From Amoebidium appalachense (Eukaryota; Protista; Ichthyosporea), in NCBI GenBank assembly GCA_963693365.1, contig CAVNZM010000016.1, positions 2,467,984-2,531,983 of the forward strand: DNA of 64,000 nucleotides, given 5' to 3'. Position 1 is the stretch's first letter, and each line of letters begins with the position of its first letter. Positions 56,103-64,000 of the stretch are shown in pieces. The translations under genes were made by a program, and so were the position numbers. The notes under the pieces are model-generated. The model was given only the letters and a program-made list of their open reading frames with translations, was not told where the DNA came from and searched no databases.

Positions 56103-56881
56103 CCGTACCATTTCCTGAAGGTGCTGCCCAATGGAGTCTGACGTAAACAAAAACGCGTTAGTGGCTGGCGCCAGGCCGCGTAAACGCACTTGTAACAGCA
56201 CTTCACTTTTTGCAGGTTTCATTGTGTATGCATCAAAACGACCGAAGGAGGGAATGCCTATGTTTTTTTCTCCATACCATTCAGCCAATTTGCAAAGACC
56301 TGAGCCAAAAAGAAGCACCGTGTCATTTTTATGAGTGCGCGGGCTTACGTTAAAAGGTCAATACGGGTCCGAGAATCTGGGGGCCGGGCAGAGGAATGCT
56401 TGTATCCGGAACTTCGCCACGTGCAAGTAAATAGGAAACAGCCTGGTCCACTGTCTGCCAGCACTGCAGCTGGCCCAGCAACTGTGCGGCAGGATCGATC
56501 GGAGAGTCCAGGAGAGCCCACCAGCTCGGGTGGGCCCACAAAAGAAATGTAGGTGCATCGTACGTAATAATAATCAAAGACTTTTTGCCAAATAATACGC
56601 ACATATGCGTCCCTAGCTAGCTATATAGGCCTATATAGATTTAGCTATATAGGCCTCCCGTGCAGCTGCCCACCCGCTCCTCCCGCCCCCAGCTCTTTTC
56701 TACTCTCACCGAGGCTCTAGCCAGCATGACTCACTGATTCGTAGCCAGTGTCATCGACTTCGATGCCGTGTGCGAGTGTGATGTGTGCACATGTGTATGC
56801 TTGTCTGAGAAAGAGAGACGAGGGGGAGGAGGGAGAGAGAAAGGGGGAGGGAGGGAGAGAGAGAGAGAGGGGGGGGGGGGG

Positions 56882-56921
<40 letters not shown>

Positions 56922-56965
56922 CAGAGAGAGATGGGGGGAAGGAGATATAGAGAGATATCGATAGC

Positions 56966-56996
<31 letters not shown>

Positions 56997-57649
56997 CGAG
57001 CGAAAGAGGGGGAGGAAAGTGGAGAGGATAACAGCGAGAAAAACTGTGTAAGTGTGTGTGTGTACGCGCGCGCGCGCGTATGTGTGCCCGCGCGTTTGTT
57101 GTGTGGTTGTGTGTGATGTGTGTGTGTATGTGCATACGTACGTGTGGAGGTGTGTGTCCGTGTGCGTGTGCATGTGTGTTCGTGTTCGTGTACGTGTTTG
57201 TGTGTGTGCGTGGTTGTACATGTGTGGGGTGTGTATGCGTGCGTGTGCGTGTGCGTGCATGTGATTGTGTGCGTGTGCGTGTGTACGCGCGCATGCACGT
57301 GTGTGTGTGTTTTTGTGTGTGTACGTGTGTAATATGTTCATGCATATGTGCGTGTGTGATAAGCCGCCGGCAAGATCGAGCCATTTATTTCGACAAGTTG
57401 CGCGCGATCCTTATACAAGTAGTGTAAAAACACGAAACCCCCAGGGAAAAAACTGCACACCAACGTTCATGACATGTAACGGTCACGTGGACACCAAGAA
57501 CACGTACTGTAAGTTTGTTTCTGATAACTCCTGCATACTGCGCTGCGAACTTGGCGCTGCCAGCGAAAAACTGGAATAGATCTGGACGAATTTTTGGCTA
57601 CGTGCCAAATATCGTTTTCCCACTGTGTGCTACACCATATAGTAATTAT

Positions 57650-58020
57650 TAGCAAAAAAGAAAATAGTGTGGGCATGCTAGTCACAAAATTTCAAGACTT
57701 TTTGTTGTGTTTTCATCGAGTTCAATATGTAGCATTCTGTAGAGCGTCGCCCTCTTCCACCGGAAAATGGGGTCCGGAACCGGGCGGGATCGAGCCTGAC
57801 TGGGCTTTCCGGACAAATTCTGGGTTTTGTCAAAACATGGTCGCCCAAAGGAGCGCGGGCCGAGCGCGGGCCCTTCAAAAAGTAATGGAAAGCAAAAAGC
57901 AGTGTGGTAGTATGCCTGGGGCAAAGTTTGAAGGCTTTATGTTGTCTTTTCATCGAGTTCACTATGTAGCGTTTTCCAGGGGTTCACCCGCTCCCGAGGG
58001 ATCCTGGATTCCTGGGCCAA
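57650..58020. repeat. Diverged duplication with 237-bp spacing
   Basis: tgttgt(g/c)ttttcatcgagttca(a/c)tatgtagc at ~57703 and ~57940, with similar flanks. Confidence 0.65.
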
Positions 58021-58903
58021 TTTTGATCTGGCGACAGACGAGGAATGCGTAAAAAACACGATACCTTGTTGGTTGGCAAGCGCTGGCACTCTCCAGTTTT
58101 ATGATGTATGGTTGCTTTCGATTGCTTTATGAGCTCGGTTCAGGCTGTGATCCAGAGATCGTCGACAACACTTACATACAGCTACACACATCACTTTACA
58201 GGCTTACCACAACCTCGTTCTCATATCCTTACCAAAACCTCACTCCCTCCCCCCACCACCCGTGCGCAGGGGGGCATGCGTGTGTGCGTGTACGTGCGTG
58301 TATATATGTGTGTTTTGTGTGTGTGTGTGTGTGTGCGGGTGTGTGCGGGTGTGTGAGTGAACATGTGCACGTGTGTTGTGTGTGCATGTGTGTGTGTGTG
58401 TGTGTGTGCGCATAAAGCTCGGAAGCTGTGTGTTGCAATGCAATGTTGGGATGCAACCCTAGAGCTCGGGCGGGTGGGTGAATTGGGTGCGACGTTGTGA
58501 TAATGAGCTAACGACTAGTAGTATTTCGCTCCTTATATACCAACGGAGCTCACCCAATGGGCTATCATTGTTAGAAACACCATTTCAACCAATAATTGCC
58601 CTAGAATACACTATAAATAATGTCAAGCTAAGTATTATTACACCAATCACCTTGGTCCATAGACAAAAAATAACGGGAGAGTCTGGTGGCTCGTTCGGCC
58701 ACATATGTGGCTCATGGGCGACTTATCAAGTGCGGTGTACTTTTGTGACTTCAAGTGTGCGCATGCCTGCAATGGTGTATGTTTGTGTTTGTAAGCTGTT
58801 GTGTGCCCACATTGCCATGCATGCACATACCACGTATTAATTAATATTATCCACACGGTGGCCACCCTCCCCCCTGTATATGTATATGTGCCAGCCAGGC
58901 AGC

Positions 58904-58968
<65 letters not shown>

Positions 58969-59349
58969 AAACAAACACACACACACACACACACGCATGC
59001 TTCAAATCCGAAGGAAGCCTCAGTGCCCATGCGGCCTCTCGTGAAACTGCAGTGGCACCGGGAGGCACCTCTGGAGGCACAGGGCTGTGAGATCCGAAAA
59101 GAATATTATTGGCGCCAGATATGATTTTGCGCCAATCCGTGCGATCGTGCTCAGGGCTTGAAATTTGCTCTTGCCCCCTCCCTCGCATCAAGTCACCAAC
59201 TCTCACACGCACGCTAGGCCCAGACACAACTTCGACAGCTCATACAGGCTCGTAAAACGGGTGTCCGATTCTCAAAAGTTAAAACAGCACCACATATTGA
59301 AGGCACTAGTATTATTGCTTTTTGCCTTTACACGGGCCTATACGGGAAA

Positions 59350-59794
59350 ATGGAGGTTCTGAGAACAAGTAAGTGTGGTTTGTGTTGCGAAATGCTCTTG
59401 TAGGAAGATGTGAGAGAGACATACATGGATCTTGACAAGGGCAGGGAAAGGAGTATCGTCAACACAAAAGGGAGATACAGAGAGAGGGTTGGCGAGAGAG
59501 ACAGGGACTGCGAGCGAGAAAGAGAAAGACAGAGAGAGGGAGAGAAGATGGATTTGGGGAGAGAGAGAGAGAGAGAGGGAGGGAGAGAAAGAGGGAGAGA
59601 GAGGGGCGAGGGGGGGGGAAAGGGCGGTGGGGGGGAGGGGGGAGGGGGGGGGAGGGGGAGGGGGAGGGGGAGGGGAAGGGGGCATGTGAAGGGGAAGGGG
59701 GAGAGGGAGAGATAGAGGATGAGGGAAAGAGGAAAAGAAATAGAGAGAGAGCGTGAGAGCGCGAGAAAGTGGGAGTGAGCGAGGAAGAGGGAAA

Positions 59795-59840
<46 letters not shown>

Positions 59841-62215
59841 GGGGGGGGTGAAGGGAGGGGAAGAGGAGGGGGGATGAGAGTCTGTAAGTTTGTGACAGAG
59901 AACATACAAGTGAGAGGCACGTGGGCAATGGTGTAGGCAGATGGGTGTTTGGACATGTTTTGACCCAATGGACGAATGATAGGAAAGGTTGGTGAACTGG
60001 AAAAGGGAGGGGAAGGGTGCAGTTGGAACAAAGTCAATAGGAAACATGATTTTGCTTGGGCCTCGGCATCTGCTTTTTTTTTGTTTTTTGCTTCCCGTCC
60101 TATTCCCACTCCCTCCCCCCCCCCCCCCCCCCCCCCTCGCCCCCCTCCCCCCTCACCCTCCCCCCCTCTGCTGTTCTTTGTCATCCATTCTCACACACAT
60201 ACACACACACGGAAAAACATCCCCCCCCCTTCCCCTTCTCTCTTTGTCTCCTTCTCTCTGACTCACTCTCCCTACTCCCCCCCCCCCCCCCCCCCCCCCC
60301 CCTTCTCTCCCCCTCTCCCATCCCCTCCCCCTTCTCCCCTGCCCCTCCCCCCTCTCTCTCTCTAAAGACCCGCTTATTCTTCGCATTTTGTCCTGCAACC
60401 AGTCATCTCACTGATGGAAACATGAAACAGATTTTCAGGAGGTTCTGCCCCAAGTGCGAAAATCCATCGAAGAGGCATCAGTTCTTGCCTTTGACTGTGA
60501 GATGACTGGTGTGTAGCCTCCCCCCCCCCCCCCCTCCCCCCCCCCCCCCCCCCCCTTTTTTTTTTTCTTGATGCATACTCTTTATGCGTATTTTGGTATC
60601 TGCATTGTGTTGTCTGTCATGAACGTGTAGTGGATCTGTGCAATACTAAATATTGTATAGTCTTGTTTTGCGACATCTGCCTTGTGTTTCACGTCTCCTG
60701 TGTGCACTTCGTACTTTGCAAACACATTCCATAATTCCGTCCCCCTGTCCCCCCTTCTCCCCTCCCCCCACCCCCCCCTTCCCCGCCTCCCCTTCTTCCC
60801 CCTCTTCCCCTCCCCCTTTCATCCCTTCCCTTCCGGTCACGATTTCCTTGCCCATATCTTCATCCCCCCGTTTGTAATGTTTTTTGCTCATATCTTCCGC
60901 GAACATTAACATCACTCTAGTCATCCCCCATCCCATCTATCTCCCCCCCCCCCCCCCCCCCCCCCCTACGCGTTTGTCGCTGCACTGCATTAGTTTGCAC
61001 ATACATCTTCACCGTTTTGCTCACCTTGCTTGCATAAGCAACCCTGCTCGTCTTTGATCAAGACGGGTTGACCCACCCAAGTTCAGTTGATGCTGCTGTC
61101 TGAGTTGGAGCGTCGTATATACGCGGGCTAAGGGGTCGAAACTCAGACGCAATTGATGACTTGGGCCCTCCCTGAGGATGGGCTCTGCTTATGACGCATA
61201 CTGTGCGCATGGCTGATGCTGCATACTTGAATGTTTGCCTTTGCATGTGTCCTGCACCATGCTTCTCATCGTGTATGCGTACTTCGTACTGTGTTCCGCA
61301 TTCAAAACCCCCCCTGTCTTCTTTCAGAGGTGTCCTTTCAGGACAGACCACTGTGTGGAGACATCTTTACTTCCATGCAACCGGGCATGGTTGCTCTGTG
61401 TCGTGCATCTGTAAGCACATACGCGTTTGTCGCTGCACTGCATTAGTTTGCACATACATCTTCACCGTTTTGCTCACCTTGCTTGCATAAGCAACCCTGC
61501 TCGTCTTTGATCAAGACGGGTTGACCCACCCAAGTTCAGTTGATGCTGCTGTCTGAGTTGGAGCGTCGTATATACGCGGGCTAAGGGGTCGAAACTCAGA
61601 CGCAATTGATGACTTGGGCCCTCCCTGAGGATGGGCTCTGCTTATGACGCATACTGTGCGCATGGCTGATGCTGCATACTTGAATGTTTGCCTTTGCATG
61701 TGTCCTGCACCATGCTTCTCATCGTGTATGCGTACTTCGTACTGTGTTCCGCATTCAAAACCCCCCCCCCCCCCCCCCCCCCCTTGCCACCCGCCCTCCC
61801 CCCACCCTTCCCCCCCTCCCCCCGGTCTTCGATCTCCTCTTGCTAAGCATTGTAAATCATCCCCCCCCCCCCCCCCCCCCCCCCCTTGGTTCCCCTTTCT
61901 TACTGCTGGCTTCTATTGCTCCCCTCCGTCATCCGCAAGCTCACCACCACTTCCTTTTCAGTCTCTCCTTTCCTCAGGGGGGGGGGGGTTTGAATGAGTG
62001 GGGATTTGTGCGTATGTTAGGTGTGTCTGTGTGTCTGCTGGCGTGGGTGTGTGGGTGTGTGTGTATGCGCTGATGTGTCTGTGTCTCTGTGTACGTGCGT
62101 GTATGTGTGAGTGTCATGAATAGTCATCCCCCCTCCCCCCCCCCCCCCCTCATCCCTCCAAACTCACAAGCACACACACATACATGCACACACACATATA
62201 CACATGCATACCCCC

Positions 62216-62248
<33 letters not shown>

Positions 62249-62672
62249 ACACACACACACATTCACACGCACACACAGACACATACCCCTACTTACCCAC
62301 CCACCCACACCCACACACCCACCCGTGCACCCGCCCCCCACGCCCACACTCACACACCCACATGCATCCACCCCCCCCCCCCCCCCCCCCTCCTCCACAC
62401 ACCCACACCCCTACCCACACACACACACACACACGCACACACACACACAGGCATCGAGGCACAAGCACAGCGCATCAGCCCTCTAGACGATGTCGCGGAC
62501 CGCTATGCAAAGTACCAGACAACAGCAAGCAGGTTTCTGGTCATACAGTTTGGTCTGAGCTGCTTCAAGTGGTACGTGTGTGTGTGTGTGTGTGTGTGTG
62601 TATGTACGTGTGTGTGTGTACGTGTGTGTACGTGTGTGTGTGTGTAAGGGGGGGGTGGGGGGGTGAGGGTAT

Positions 62673-62712
<40 letters not shown>

Positions 62713-63354
62713 CCGTGTGTGTGTGTGCGTGTATTTGTGTGTGCTAGTGCTGTTATTGGGTGTGTGTTGTGTGCGTGTTGTGTGTGTCTGGTCGTGCGTG
62801 CGTCTATGGACAGGCTGCTCCGCCTCTCCACGCCTCTCCCATTCCCACCCCAAGGATGGGCTCCGCCTGTAATGTGTGAACATATACTTGGTACTCCATA
62901 ACATTTTCTGAACCCTCCCCCCCCCCCCCCCCCCCCCCTTCACACACACACACCCGCGTTCCTTCTTCTGGCAAATCATACGTCCCCCCCCCCCCCCCTC
63001 CCCCCCACGCGTTCTCCGTTCCCCCCTCCCCTTCACACTCCCGCCTTCCCCTTTAGCCCCTCCCCCCCCCCCCCCCCCCCACCCCTTAATACCCTGTTAA
63101 CCTCCCCACCCCCCACCCCCTCCCCCCTTCTCCACATCTTCCCCCCCCTCCCCCCCCCCCCCCTCCCCTCGCTCCCTCCCTCCCTCCCCTCAGGAACGCC
63201 GAGCAAGGACACTACGAGACATCAGCCTACACCTTCTACGTGTTTCCGCGACCCAGCGAGCGCCAGGGTTTGGACACCCACTTCACGTGCCAGGCCTCAA
63301 GCGTTGATTTTCTGTGCAAACATGATATGGATTGGAATAAGGTCATAAAACACG
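59350..63354 (+). CDS. PARN: Poly(A)-specific ribonuclease PARN (CAF1/DEDD family), first 4 exons; continues beyond the window
   Basis: Exons 59350-59368, 60431-60508, 62451-62571, 63194-63354 give MEVLRTNFQEVLPQVRKSIEEASVLAFDCEMTGIEAQAQRISPLDDVADRYAKYQTTASRFLVIQFGLSCFKWNAEQGHYETSAYTFYVFPRP...FTCQASSVDFLCKHDMDWNKVIKHG. Confidence 0.9.
60967..61760 (+). mobile_element. Subfamily A structured element, 1.75 head-to-tail units of 453 bp, in PARN intron 2
   Basis: 453-bp periodicity (for example 61021 vs 61474); poly-C on both sides. Confidence 0.92.
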
Positions 63355-64000
63355 GTATGTGTGAATGAATGCACATGTATTCTCGAAAAACATTTTCCAT
63401 AAAACACGTTACGTAAAATGTGCACAGATATGATCCTTAAACCCCGCCCCTTTTCATCTCTCCCCTCCCCCCCCCCCCCCCTCTCCCCCCCCCCCCCCCC
63501 TCCCCCCCGACCCTCCCCAACCCTCCCTTCCCTCTCTTGATCCCCCCCCCCCCCCCCCCCCACCTTCCCCCTCACTGGACCCCCTGGTGTCCTATCACTC
63601 TGGGCCCCCCACCCTCCCCTTCCCTCTCTACTCTCTCTCTGCCCCCCCCCCCCCCCCCCTCCCCCCCTCCCTCTCCTTCCTGTTTTCCCTCTGCCCCCCC
63701 CTCCTACCACCACCACCCGTCCGCCCCTCCCCTTGCGCGCGCGTGATCCGTGAAATCAAATAATTGCAAGTTGTGCAAGTGCACACGCACTGCTGGCTGT
63801 GACAGGTTCATACACTGAGCGACATGTGTGCACACACAAACAGGGACACATACACACATGCACGCACACACACATAGTAGCACACACGTACACACACACA
63901 CACACACACATCCGCCTTGCCCCCTCCGCCTCCTCCCACCCCACACACACGTACACACACGACCACACACACACACACACACACACACAGGCATTTCATA

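Noticed and set aside
61033-61193. Assignment of the core to SRP RNA, RNase P, SECIS, or a canonical hammerhead or HDV ribozyme
   Set aside because: Only short motif resemblances; required elements are missing or in the wrong order.
61191-61490. 99-aa Cys-rich ORF in the 453-bp unit; unit length divisible by 3
   Set aside because: No recognisable domain, the listed frames contain stops, and subfamily B differs by indels.
59350-63354. CCR4 and PARN deadenylases in the same window as a functional cluster
   Set aside because: They are over 40 kb apart with unrelated genes between; likely coincidence.

Overview
Eukaryotic genomic DNA with GT-AG introns packed with (CA)n/(TG)n microsatellites and long poly-G/poly-C runs, so most entries in the ORF track are low-complexity artefacts. 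The gene content suggests a unicellular opisthokont or holozoan (inference only). Genes reconstructed by hand: a 19-exon CCR4/CNOT6 deadenylase (-) with an intronic tRNA-Ser(CGA); a midnolin-like ubiquitin-domain protein (-); a roughly 12-exon secreted mosaic protein (GH114, Cys-rich repeats, TSP1, EGF, HYR, bulb-type lectin; -); a single-exon membrane protein (+); a Pho80/Pcl-type cyclin (-); and the 5' part of PARN (+). Mobile DNA: an intact APE+RT non-LTR retrotransposon just downstream of a tRNA-Ser(AGA) gene with a 33-bp target-site duplication, two small MITEs, and a family of non-coding structured elements. That family is the most notable observation. It has a 453-bp unit, present once as a 1.75-unit head-to-tail copy, plus more than 10 truncated copies. 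The well-preserved copies share one end, sit in poly-G/C tracts, and carry a covarying RNA core that I cannot assign to a known ribozyme. Several introns also carry tandem arrays of duplicated branchpoint/3'-splice-site units.
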